Shown piece by piece: positions 49,901 to 61,840 of a stretch of DNA of 64,000 nucleotides; the stretch's first letter is position 1; every line of letters begins with the position of its first letter. The notes beneath the pieces are model-generated. The model was not told the DNA's origin. It searched no databases and saw nothing but the letters and a program-made list of their open reading frames with translations. A program made the position numbers and the translations under genes. The stretch covers positions 4,624,760 through 4,688,759 of the forward strand of contig CM082576.2 of NCBI GenBank assembly GCA_040954595.2, written 5' to 3'. Source of the stretch: Balanoglossus misakiensis (Eukaryota; Animalia; Hemichordata).

Positions 49901-52900
49901 CATTAAAAAAATTTGCTCCGGTCAATGTAGGTTGGAGTTAATTTACAGTAGTGACAGAAATGTACAAAGTTGTATGGTGACTAATGGATTCATGAATGAT
50001 ACAAAATTTCCAAGTTCTGTCTGTAGCTTCATAAAATTATCTATGTATAGCAACAACCAAAACATAAAATGACTAAAATGTTTGGTATGAGGCCTTGAGG
50101 GTAAGGACATGACCACTGTACACATGTTGGTACGAAGTCCAATGTTCATATGAAGATATATATTTTGAAACCCTGCAGGAATGTTCTCTAGAGTATTCCT
50201 CAAATACATGAAATTCATTTTAACTACTAAATTTTGTTGAGCCCAATATCTGATGTATTACTTTCACAACTACAATGTACATGTATATACAGGTACCTTC
50301 CCAGTTGTACAGGATTATGAAAAGCATGACTTAGCATTTACAAACATGTTGAGTTTTAAACATGTTTTCAGAAATTGGACGGACTTGCTTCTTCTGCATG
50401 TGATGTCCTGTACGTGATATTTTGACCTGTATTTTTTCCGGGCTCTGTTTCATGTTTTCATTTTCAAACTAAAGGAGGATTTTTGTAGGTACTTATTTAA
50501 TTTGAAAAGAGGTACCACTGAATTTGATGACATCCCAAGGAGTCTTTTGTGGGTGTTTTTGTCGGTTTAAAGTAGGCTATATCTTTTATTATTATTCTGC
50601 CCGTTGATGTGTAATTGTCTTTTTTGTTTTATAGTGAGAAATATTACTATATTGACTTGCTTTCCCATACAAAAATTTCCTGATTTTCTTGTATTTTATG
50701 AAAGTCTGAAAATAGAATTTAGAAGTGATGCATACATGCAAAGGATATATGACATAACACTGACAGTGATGGACAATGTTGTTGCTAATAAAAGAAATTT
50801 GCAGGGCATGAAAGAAATTTGATGGTGTTTTCATGCAAAAATATTCAAACAGATGTAGCTTGTGGGACTTGGGGGCAAACCTTGTGACATTCATTATTTA
50901 TCATGTTTATACTGAGTATGCTCCATGCAAGGTGTGTGTGAACCATATGTTACAAATGTAGAAATGAATCGATCTAGCAATGTAGTGGGACATTATGAGG
51001 CAGGGATCTGAGACAAAGGTCGTTCAAAAGAGAATGGTGTTTATCCAAAACGTTTACAGGCGCAATGTTTTTTTGACAGAATTAAGAGGGTTTTGTAACT
51101 TGCAGTTTTGTGAAGATTTTATAGAGCATCGTAAATCTTTGTGTTGTTTGTAATGTTTCAGCAATAGGACACCTCATTATTTTGGATGTCCGCGGTGGTG
51201 ACTCACAGCAGAGGCAGGTGTATCCTGGTGATTACCATATGCATGATAGTCAAAGGCAGTAATACAATCAGTAGACCTGTGTTGTATAACTGCACATAAC
51301 AGTGTTGATTTAATATCAGAACTTAAATACAGCTTCTATTCAGTTTGGTTACTTGAGTCAACTAAAAGCTTTCACGAGAAAAAATGTTTTCTTTCTGATT
51401 CATACCCAAAAGTGAAATTCAATGTAAAACTAACAAGGATAAATGAAATATTTATCTGCAAATTACTGGGTATTGGGTTAATATGTAATCTAAATATCTA
51501 CGTAGTCCTATGGTGCATCCACAATCAACATCAAGGTTGCAACTTTGAAGTTCTGCCACCTGTTATCTTTTGTACTCCCTGACAAATGCAAATATTCTTT
51601 CAAATAGGCCAGTGTACCAGTGAACTGTATGGACTCACCTTGTGGTGTTAATATTTTTGTGGGTGTTCTTATGAAGGAGTGCTATATTAGGAAGTTTCTT
51701 TATTATTTTATTATCAATATACACACACTGTGCTATTAAAGATGTATCGTTATTGATCCATTTACATGTTGCAAACATCAGTAATTTCTATTTAGTCATA
51801 TAAAATTAAAAATAATGAATAAAATGTCCAAAAAGGGAATTTACAGGAATATGCATTCTATGTCTGTTACTTGCAGGAAGATGAAGATTATGATATTGAA
51901 ATAGATCTTGATGAACTTGTGGAATTGGAAGAAGAGGAGAGATATTCAACAATTCAAAATATTGTGGAAGAAGCAGTTAAACCAACAGATGTAAGTTGAT
52001 AACAAACCATTTATGCCAACATTCGGGGCAGTCTTTGATTGTACAGCCTGGGGAAGTGTTGCATGGTGGGCTTGTTGAATTGTCTGTTTTAGGTCATTTT
52101 TTTATAATCAGACAAAATATGGGTATACCATATTAATTTAATTTAATCTGATGAGTGCTGGTAATTTCAAAGCAACTGAAAAATGTTAGTTTCAGTTTTG
52201 AATATATATATATATATATGGTTTATGTGGGCGGATGGGCTGTGGTCGATTTGCCACGTGTTTTCTACCCATCGAGGTTATGTCAAATCACATGCAGTAA
52301 ACTAACATGTCAGCATTCCATCATGTAGCATTTCACATTTATTTTGGGTTAATCAGTAAAGTGACCTCGTGTTAATGTGCCCCTAAAGGACTCCCATTAT
52401 CTTGTGAACTACATTTTCCAAACTGAACAGTGCCAATTATTGGCTCCAGCTATGAGCAGTGTATATAATTGGCATAATAATCCTCCAAGCAATTATTTTG
52501 AAATGATGCATAAAAGCATTATCTTGTGGAACCAGATTTGTCAACAAAACAACAGCAAACATGCTTTGGGAAGTTTCCAGAACATTGAACAATTATTCAA
52601 GCCCACCTATAAGGCAGTGTTTGTTTTACAGACCGAAATCCATTGACCTCCATATATCAGAATTACCTGCATCGTAGATGTGATTGCCTCAATTTGCCTG
52701 CCAAATGGTTTTCTGCTTGCCATGAGTAAAGCAATTTAAACACAGTGAAAATACAAGCTGTGGACTTTGACACACTTGTCTCTTGTGTTTTTGCATCAAA
52801 TGACTGGGTTAACAATATCTTTGGTTATTTGAAATTTTGGAAAAATGGTAAATTACCAAACTAATTCAATTTATAATGTGGTACTTTCTTCAACAGTTAC

Positions 52901-53067
52901 TCATTCCCCAGAAATGATGAAAAAAACGTGTACTCTTTTATAAAGTTTTTATTTTTTCTTTAATTTCAGTTTTTGTATAGGAAGTATATGCTTAGTGCCT
53001 TTTTTTCGTTCTGTTCCTCTTCCAGGAATTTATCAGAGCATTGCTGGAAAAGATCAAGAAACTGTAA
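46969..53067 (+). CDS. PPP1R14: Protein phosphatase 1 regulatory inhibitor subunit 14 (CPI-17/PHI-1/KEPI family), 110 aa
   Basis: Exons 46969-47145, 51877-51990, 53026-53067 (all phase 0, 333 nt). HLTQKYDPKRTRRRLEVEEWMDEELRDLFEC matches CPI-17 RVTVKYDRRELQRRLDVEKWID, including the phospho-Thr. It continues EIDLDELVEL and KPTDEFIRALLEKIKKL*. Confidence 0.9.
48258..48307. repeat. Short tandem duplication (2 x ~24 bp), intronic
   Basis: ttgaaaaa(a/g)tactggctctagacta occurs twice. Confidence 0.8.
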
Positions 53068-53638
53068 CTAGGATCTTCATCAGATATACAATAAAGAAAT
53101 GACGGTGTTATGGACTGTAACTAGCAGCTGCATCAGGTCTTCTGATAAATTTTCACCTTGCCTTAGAACAAGCTGAATGCTGTTATTTACATCTGTGTTA
53201 ACACAGTGTGAAATGGCAGAAATAGAATTAACCTGAAGAAGTTTTCATCGGAAAGTGGAAGAGGATTCTTTTACATGTTACTAGATATGATGATTTTCAT
53301 GTGCTTTTCCCCCTATATGCAAAGGTTTTTGGGTCTTTCCATGGGTGATTGACATAAATTATGCAGAAATAGAGCTTCCTATCTGTTACTGTGAGGAACG
53401 AAAAAAATGTATGTATTAATGTAGAGTAATAGTGTTTGCAATATAAAGAGTTCTAAAGTGATTGTTTGAAAAACAAGTGTTGTGTACATACATGTATATA
53501 TATATATTTCCAGTTGAGCCCAATAATTGAAATTGACTCAAATCTTTCCAGAACTGACCTGATAATTAAACCCACATATATATTTTACCCACAGCCGTCA
53601 AACACAATTGGGCTGTGACAGTCTCAGTAAAATTGTCA

Positions 53639-53710
53639 GTATGTCTGCTGTCGTGTCAATAAATTTGTAAAACCGTTGGTATTTTTGCTGCCGGTGTCAA
53701 TAAATTTGTA
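53639..53710 (+). repeat. Tandem duplication (2 x ~41 bp), each copy containing AATAAA, in the PPP1R14 3' UTR
   Basis: gtat.t.tgctg.c(g)gtgtcaataaatttgta occurs twice. Confidence 0.7.
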
Positions 53711-54037
53711 TTGAGTTAAAAAAAAATATGTCTGCTTTCTAGAACTCCATCAGTGAAAAAATTAGCGTTGAATTTTTCATTGGCAACCCGAATCATAGCA
53801 GAGTATTATACAGCAAAGTATCTGTCAACTAGATGCACCATATTAAAAAAACAGAAGTTGTATTAGATACCGAAACTGCAGTAGATGTGTACTTACATGT
53901 AGGTTTTGGCAGCACAACAAATTATCCTTCTGAACTGACTCAAGAAACAGGAGTATTTTGTTTTTATTGATCATGTCAGTGTACCGGTAAACCAGATTTG
54001 TGTCAACTTTGTTGTGTGATGCAACATTAAAAAAGTC

Positions 54038-54124
54038 AACAAAAATAAGAGGGGGGTGACTAAAAACTTGCAGATAGGTAAACAAAAAATAAGAGGGGGG
54101 ACTTAAACACTTGCAGATGGTTAA
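54038..54124. repeat. Tandem duplication (2 x ~43 bp)
   Basis: aacaaaaataagagggggg..act.aa.acttgcagat.gt occurs twice. Confidence 0.8.
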
Positions 54125-57100
54125 CTGCGCAGGTTCATCATGCTGAGGCGTAGAGTCAGTTATCTGTAGAACTTATTTATTTACATTATTTGGTAGTTGT
54201 CACTTCAGTCATTATCATAAAAGAAACACCTGAGTGCTTCAATTCCTGTTTTGTTGTTAAACTTGGTATGGCCAAGGGAAAGACTTTTCTGAATTCCTGA
54301 TTCCATGTTAGATGTTCGGGAAAAATCCTGTGGATTTTGAAAGCATCAGCATTCCCGTCCATTTACCTTGCGTTATAAAACCTCAGTACTCTCTTGAGAA
54401 GCAAATCTTATTTTGCTTGTGAAATGAGTAAACATTTCCAAGTAAACACTAAACAGTTAGCGAAAATGTATTCTTTGCACAGAGCAAAGTTTTAAAGAGA
54501 ATTTTTCCCTTGGGTCTGTATCATACAGCAAGTCAGGGAAAACAAATCCATTGGCAGACTGAACCTGCCAGGTAGCTATCATGCCACGTGGTCGTCAGGT
54601 TATATTTTTTCTGTGTAGTCCTGTGTTCGCCTAGTCAGTGTGCCGTTTGAGCAATTTTATGCCTTTAGAAACCGCCTCTGGTGATGAGGTCATAGTTTTT
54701 ACTGACTTCAGATACATGTATCAGACTCTCACCAGAGTGTTAATGTAATCAATGCCGAGTGCATTTTATCTTGTGAAGGTTTCTGTGACTTCCCCCCCGC
54801 AATTAATTACGAGTAACAGTGCTGATTTTTTATAGCATCTTTGAGAAACTGTATCATGCGAGACTTGTGACATTTCTAAGAAGTACAACGAGCTACCACA
54901 ACATTATGAGATTGTGGTTGGGTTTGGCAACGGTTCTAGAAAATGTAACTTCAGACAGAATAGAATGATCTAAATAGTTAGCGGACATCGTAAGCATCTT
55001 TTTATCAATATATGACGTGAATTGCTGTATCCTAAAATGAACAGGGTACTTGTCACTTCCAGAAAACTATATACACAAGGACAAAAAAAAACATGAATAA
55101 AAATGAACTTTTCAATTATTCAGGGATCTCTTTTATGTCCTTTTTACTTTTTTCTTTGCATGTGATTTTTTGAAGCCAAAGTAATAGAGACTGGAGAATT
55201 AGCTTTAACTGAGTCGAAGCGCCTAGCTTCTCTTTGTAGTAAGTTTTGTCTCTTTGTAAAGCAAAGTACTGGTTGCCCCTTTTCATTGCCTTATTTCATA
55301 TGCATTGTAAAAATCGTTAAGCTTATATACATCTTGGCTCTCAGTTCTGAGGAGGATCTGTTGGAACAATGTCTTAAAAATGCAATTTGGCTCAAAATGT
55401 GGGATGTGTGTTTTCCTGTGGTGTGGGGAAGGGTGGGGGGGGGGGGGGAGGGGGTTCTGAAAGGGTTAATCAAATTGCAAACGGATTTGCACATTTGTTG
55501 GACCATCCACATTCTGTCTTGGTTAATGGACAGTTACAATGCTGAAGGTACATCTTGGTATTACAAAGAGGTTCCTTCAATATTCGGTATGCAGATATGT
55601 AATACCGATTTCTACAGCCAGCAGTGTAATCATAATCAGCATTTTTGGGTGCTGTTTTCCCTTCCTGTAGGTAACTGATTTTTAAGGACAAAAGAAAAGT
55701 ACTGTTAAAGACCAGAAGAAAGATTTTAATTGACTATAAGTACATTATGTACATTCTTATATTAAGTTCTGTATTTCAAATTTTGCATGGCAAGAGATGT
55801 TAAACCTTGTTGATTTTTATTTCGAGTTTTTAAAATACAAAATATTACAGATAGTGCCTTGTCGAAGATCTGTAGGTTTTATAGAAAAGTACAATTTGAA
55901 TCATTCGTAGCCCCCGTACAGTATGTTTTTTGAAGTTTTGAAAGTACCTCATATCTTGTATGTAAATATAATATATATTACACAAAAGCCCACGAATGTG
56001 TAAAATAAAAAAAATATCAAAAATTCTGTATATGGATTGTTGTTTTTCTTCATCGCATGTTTTGTAGTAGTATACTGGAAACAGATTTCAAACTTACAGG
56101 GTCTTGCTGTGAGTGATTCTGGTGTACTACAAGCAGATCTTTGTGCGTGTTTGTGGGAAAGTCAAAGTGGATTCGCGGGATGTTACTATTTCCGCAGCAA
56201 ACCTTGCTGTGCCAAGGGGAAAGAAATCTGAAGTTTAAATATACTTTGTGCGCAGGCTGCAGTGAGGAGAGCAGGACACAATGCAAGCAAAAACAGTGAA
56301 AGTAAACAGGACTGTTCAAAGAAAGCCTTCCTGTCCCTTAGCAACCAGGTAACTTGGTGGGTAATAGTGTTCAATAGTGGCACTGCTGAACAATGAAGGG
56401 TAGTATGTGGACTTGAAGGGCATTTGAAGACCATCATGTTGAGTATCCACATGGTGAAGGTCATGGCAATGTGTACTATCACTGGGTTTATTTTTCACAA
56501 ATGAAAGCTTGCCTTAGGTGTGGTGATTCTTTGAGATGGAATATCCCACATTACACTGCTCCCAACTGACTGACAAAACAAGGAATAAAAGCAGCCAGCT
56601 TGATCACCCTGAAGCATTAAAGGTACACAGTCCCCTATGCAAATTTCAACCACTGTTTGTTACCATGGAAAAATTAAAATATCCCCAATCACACTTTCAG
56701 TGGGTGGTATGTGCAGAACTAGCTTGGTCATTCGAACACAAGGCCCTTTTGACCATACATATAGGAATATGAAATTTATCGATGACCGTATATAAAACTT
56801 TTTCGTTTTAAATAGAACCTCCTATTAAAGCTGCAAAGGACTGGCACTTAAATTGTCATGTTGTTTCTGACAAAATGTCGAAACAAGAGAAGGTCTGCTA
56901 TATAAGGCATTCATGTTTGATGTAGAAAATCAACAAAAGTTGAGAATTCCTGTACTTGTGTCAAGTGGCATTCTGTCAGAAAGTGACATAAATTCTTGTC
57001 TGGTATTGCCAGCTACAGACCACTTAAAATGTGGCAGTAATTATGCAAATTCAATAAATTTTGACCAACAATGGCGTTGTAAATTCCCTGGCTTAGAAAG

Positions 57101-60100
57101 ACCACGTAATAATTTATGTCAAGACTTCGCTGTGATGAAAGATATGGATCAAGGCTTAATGTTTGCTAGGCAATATGCAAACAGTGTTCATAAATCTTTG
57201 CAGGAAATTTTATATGAGTGAAAAGTACACAACCAGCCACCATGATGTATATATTTCTCAATTCTAATGGAATTTTAGCACCTGTTTCAGAGAAAATTCA
57301 TTGCGCGATGTGTTCATGGTATTAACTGTTCCTAGATACGTCAATGCAAAATGATGTCATCAAAATATGTTGCACTAATGAATTATCTGTCATATACCTG
57401 TAGACATTCCAACCATTGTAATGAAAGTGTAAAAATCCACAGTGATTTAGCTTCATGACTTTTGAGGTCATGACCCATGACCCTAGTTTGTTGTGGGTGC
57501 CACTGGTATTTGAAGTGGCTGCTTGTGGACATGGTCTGTCAGCTGCTGCTGGCACCCTATTATGAGGTCATGGCTTCCACTTTGGTTTGAAAATCCTGAT
57601 CTTATTGGCTGCTCTATTGGTTGAAAAATCATGCATCTTGCAATTATTCCCAGAAATCTGAAAAAATGACGTGGAACTAGGTCACTCTGCAATACTGATG
57701 TAAATGTCCTGAATTTGATAGAAATAATTGAATTACTTTTCTTACCATGTTACTAGGTAATGGCAAATTAATGATCAAATTGTACATCCAGGTAATTGCT
57801 TTCACTCGGGTAATCAAATTCTGTTCTGTATTTCAAATCTGATTGAAACTGTACAATTATTAAAGTGATATTTCAATCAACATATCCATTATTGATAAAC
57901 AACTTCAAGGATCTCCTCTCTTTGATTTAAATAGCAAATTAAGTTTGAATTTCAGATTTTTCACTTTAATAAAGGCTACAGTATAAACATGTACAGAAAA
58001 CAGAATCAAAATTCTAATAAATTTTTTTACCGGTAATACATTTCAGATACTTGTTTGGGACAATCACATGTATTGGTCATAGCTCATCAGACATTTGAAA
58101 GTTTTAAATTACAAATTTGGGGATTGGTCTGACATGCTCTGTCAACTGGTTTATTACAGAAACATTATTACACAATGAGGTGTATTTTTGTCAAGACACA
58201 CATGTAGAAATCTATCTTCTCCCCTAAAATGAATGCGTCAGTGGCAATTCTTGCCCCTGAGAGTCATTCATACTTGCACCCACCCAGACAGGTTTGGAAT
58301 TTGGCCAACTATTATCTGACAGGTTGACTGTAGTCACAATGAGTAGTAAACAACCTGTCTCTGAACACATATTCTTTTAAACAGCACTTTAACGGGAAAG
58401 AAAATCAAATAGCTAGATCACTGAGTGAGCAGTTAATGCATCACAGTTTGTGCTGTTAGTTTAACTCGGTGGCTTCCAAAGAATTCAGCATTGGGGGGGG
58501 GGGGGGGGGGGGGTTACCCACTGATACAGGTGGGGTCGATCATATTGAACTGCAGGTACAATGTATGTGGCGTACGTCATTCAAGAAAACTACAAATTAA
58601 GAACAGTGTGGTAATTAATCACAATCAACTGACAATTATCAATGTAACATATGTGAAAGGCCTAACAGACGTTGTTTAATTAAACTGCACGTTAATTACA
58701 GCAATAATGTAAAATTAAAAATTTCTGGTGACATATAACAGAAAAACAGATGATAAGACAATGGATTTTCTTGGTCATGGTGACGCAAATTCCTCACTTT
58801 TCTCCACCCCTATTAACTATGTTTTTCCTGTATCCCACCTATGCATGATGCAAACCCACTGACCAGGAAAAAGTACGTACAGGACTGAGAACTAAAGAGA
58901 ATTTGCTGCTGAGTATACTTTGGGGTCAAATGAAAGGATCACCTTGATTGTAGATCGTGGTTTACGTGAGATGGATCACATAAACGATGTAGAAGAATGA
59001 TTAATATTGTTGACAGGCAGAAGGTCGATACATGGCTATCATTAATTGAGCTCTGAATTTTCCGTATGTGTTTGGTTCAAACACCTGTGATTATCTCATA
59101 CATATAGAGGTGTACGTACGTCGATATACACTGACCTTCAGGCACTGAGACTTTATATACCAAACTTTGATTTCACTGCAGGATATTAATTTGTGAACAG
59201 GCTGACCTTGCAAAACTGTAAGTTTAATTTTAATTACCACAGATAAGTAAAATTAGGGCATACATTTAGGTGAATTTGAGCCATCATGGACATGAGAGTT
59301 ATCTCAGCATATCAGTTTATCGAACTGTAATTAGTCTTACTGGCACAAAGCATATCAGGAAGTCACTCCCTAACGACAATTAATTGACAAATGTTTATAT
59401 TTCAAATGTGTGGAACCCAGGTTTGTTCACGCAGTAATTAATTGAAATCACGGTCACTTTACTTTAATGATTCACATTTTTATGAAACGTCTTGGTAATA
59501 CGAATATACCAGTCTCATTAATTTCAGGTTAAATAACAACAAGAAAATTGCTGGACTTAATAGTGCAGGCGCCATGCACACAGATACATGCACAAATATA
59601 TGTTATCAGATCCTAACCAATGTTTGAATCAAACCATCACAGAGAATCAGATATCCCTCCTTGATGGCCGGCAAGCAATTTGCAAGAAGTCATTGTAATT
59701 GCATGAAGCCTGTGTGTATATGTATGCACATGAGTGTTAATTCAAACACTTATCAGGATGCCACCAAATTATGATTTAAATCCAAAATTGTTTTCTTAAG
59801 AGAAAATCAAATCACTGTGATTTGAAAATCAGATGCGACCACTTCTAGCATTTATTAATAATTGCCAATGAGCAAAACTGCAATGATCCAGACAATCTAA
59901 ACAGTACATGTTCTAAAGTGTATCAATTGTAATCACTGCTGAAATTTAGTGTACGTTAAAATTTGCATAGTCATGGCAACTGTCGTCAAGAATTACGAAT
60001 AGAAATTTTCATCAAATATGGATTAGTCCTATCCAACAGACTGATTTAATAAGACCATTCGATTGTAGTCGATGAAATCCCCACTCAGGGATTTTATTCT

Positions 60101-61840
60101 CAACATTTTAACTGCTTCCAGTACCACATGCAGGTAGCACAATAATATAAACTGAGAATCTAGTAAAAATGAAACTGACTTTTTTTGCACGTCAAAATCT
60201 GAACCCACCAGCTGAATTCTTCAGTGTTAATTGTTTCAAAATTTTGTCAGCAAAGGACTTGATTTAATCAAGCTGAAAATGCCATGTTGAAAGATTTTTT
60301 TAACAGAACCATAAAATAATATATCCGCACGGTCTGAAAACTAGGAATCAGTGTGAATATTATTATGCTAATTATTCACGTGACATCATTTCCTTTAATC
60401 CCCATTTTTTCTGTTTTACACAGGAAATAGCTTTCAAGCTTTTCAATGATGACATATGCAACGTGAACGAAATGGTCTTGGGCATATCCAGTGATTCCTC
60501 TCCCTTGTAGTAATAACTGCTCACTTCAGCTCAGTTTTCAAGGCAATAAGAAAAAATTAAGGGTAAAATTTCCACAAATGCAGAAATGAGTCTGGCTCAG
60601 ATTAACTGGTGAACAGCAAATGGATGAAATAAAAACACACCCTTATTTGCTTTGAGTTATAAAACTAATCACATTTTCTGCATTTCTTTTAGAGTATTTG
60701 TACTCCTAGGTTTTAGTTTACCATTTGTTTGTCTGTTCGTTTTTGTGCGTGCAAAACATCAATATTAAAAGCCCTTGAATTTAATTACACCTCAATTTAT
60801 GCAAACAAAACAGAAAAACAATCATTTTCCAAATATTCACACAGAAAGACATATGTCCATGAATTACAACATACAGCATGATACTTGAATTGCTTTTATG
60901 GGTTTATATCACCTGACAGGTGTTTGAGGTCACGACCTCTTGTATCCATACATTTAAATATATATTCCTCTTATAATTCACATATTTTGCACAAAACATA
61001 ATATGATTGCTTGAATGTAAGTGATTTCCTTTATTTTTAATTCTTACCAGTGAAAATTGCCAATCTTTGTCTCTATACGGTATATTCCAACACTCAGATC
61101 TCAATACCCGATTCTCTTATGATACTCTTGAAAAACTGAGGAAATTAACAATTTGATCAGTGTTTGGTGTAGAACCCGAAAAAATAATCTCTGAGTAGCA
61201 AACCAGGAGTCTGTGAGAGAGTCTGAAAATAACCTGCAATGGTTCTGATACAGACCATTTTTACAGTCAAGTTTTAAATTTTTAATGAAAATAACTTGAA
61301 TGCCATCTGTTCCTGGTTTATTTTTGTCTTCTGTATTTTAAGTCTTGATTTTCAACGATTCCAGGTCGCTTGATTGAAATTTAATCTTTAACAAAAGAAA
61401 GCAGTCTTTGTTATGTGAACTGAAAGAGTGAATCTTAGCAGAAACAGTCGCTCAACCACAGCCATGGTTCAACGACTGCAACATCTGTGCAGATCCAAAA
61501 CTCACAACTCAATAGAAGATGGTCCCCTCATGTCCCTCAGCAAAGTCTTATTGTCTCAGGCTCAAGGTTAATTCCCCCAGGTGAGCCAGGGGTAGCCAGG
61601 ATAGCTGTTCTTAAAAATGAACAGGCAGCATATTTAATTAACTCACAGAATTTTGTTTCATCTTGGTTTTTTTTTGCAATTTTCTCAGCTATAGCCTGCC
61701 CTCTACAAATGAACTGACAAACACTTCAGGGCGGACAAGCAATAATGATAAACTACGAGTTTGACCTTTATCATGCAGCAATCATTACAATCTCAGATGC
61801 AATAAAGAATAATACGATGACAGCTAGCTGACATCATGCT

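Noticed and set aside
52148-52182. CTGATGAG...GAAA resembling a hammerhead ribozyme core
   Set aside because: Stem II does not close properly next to GAAA, and I could not find stems I/III with a cleavage triplet.
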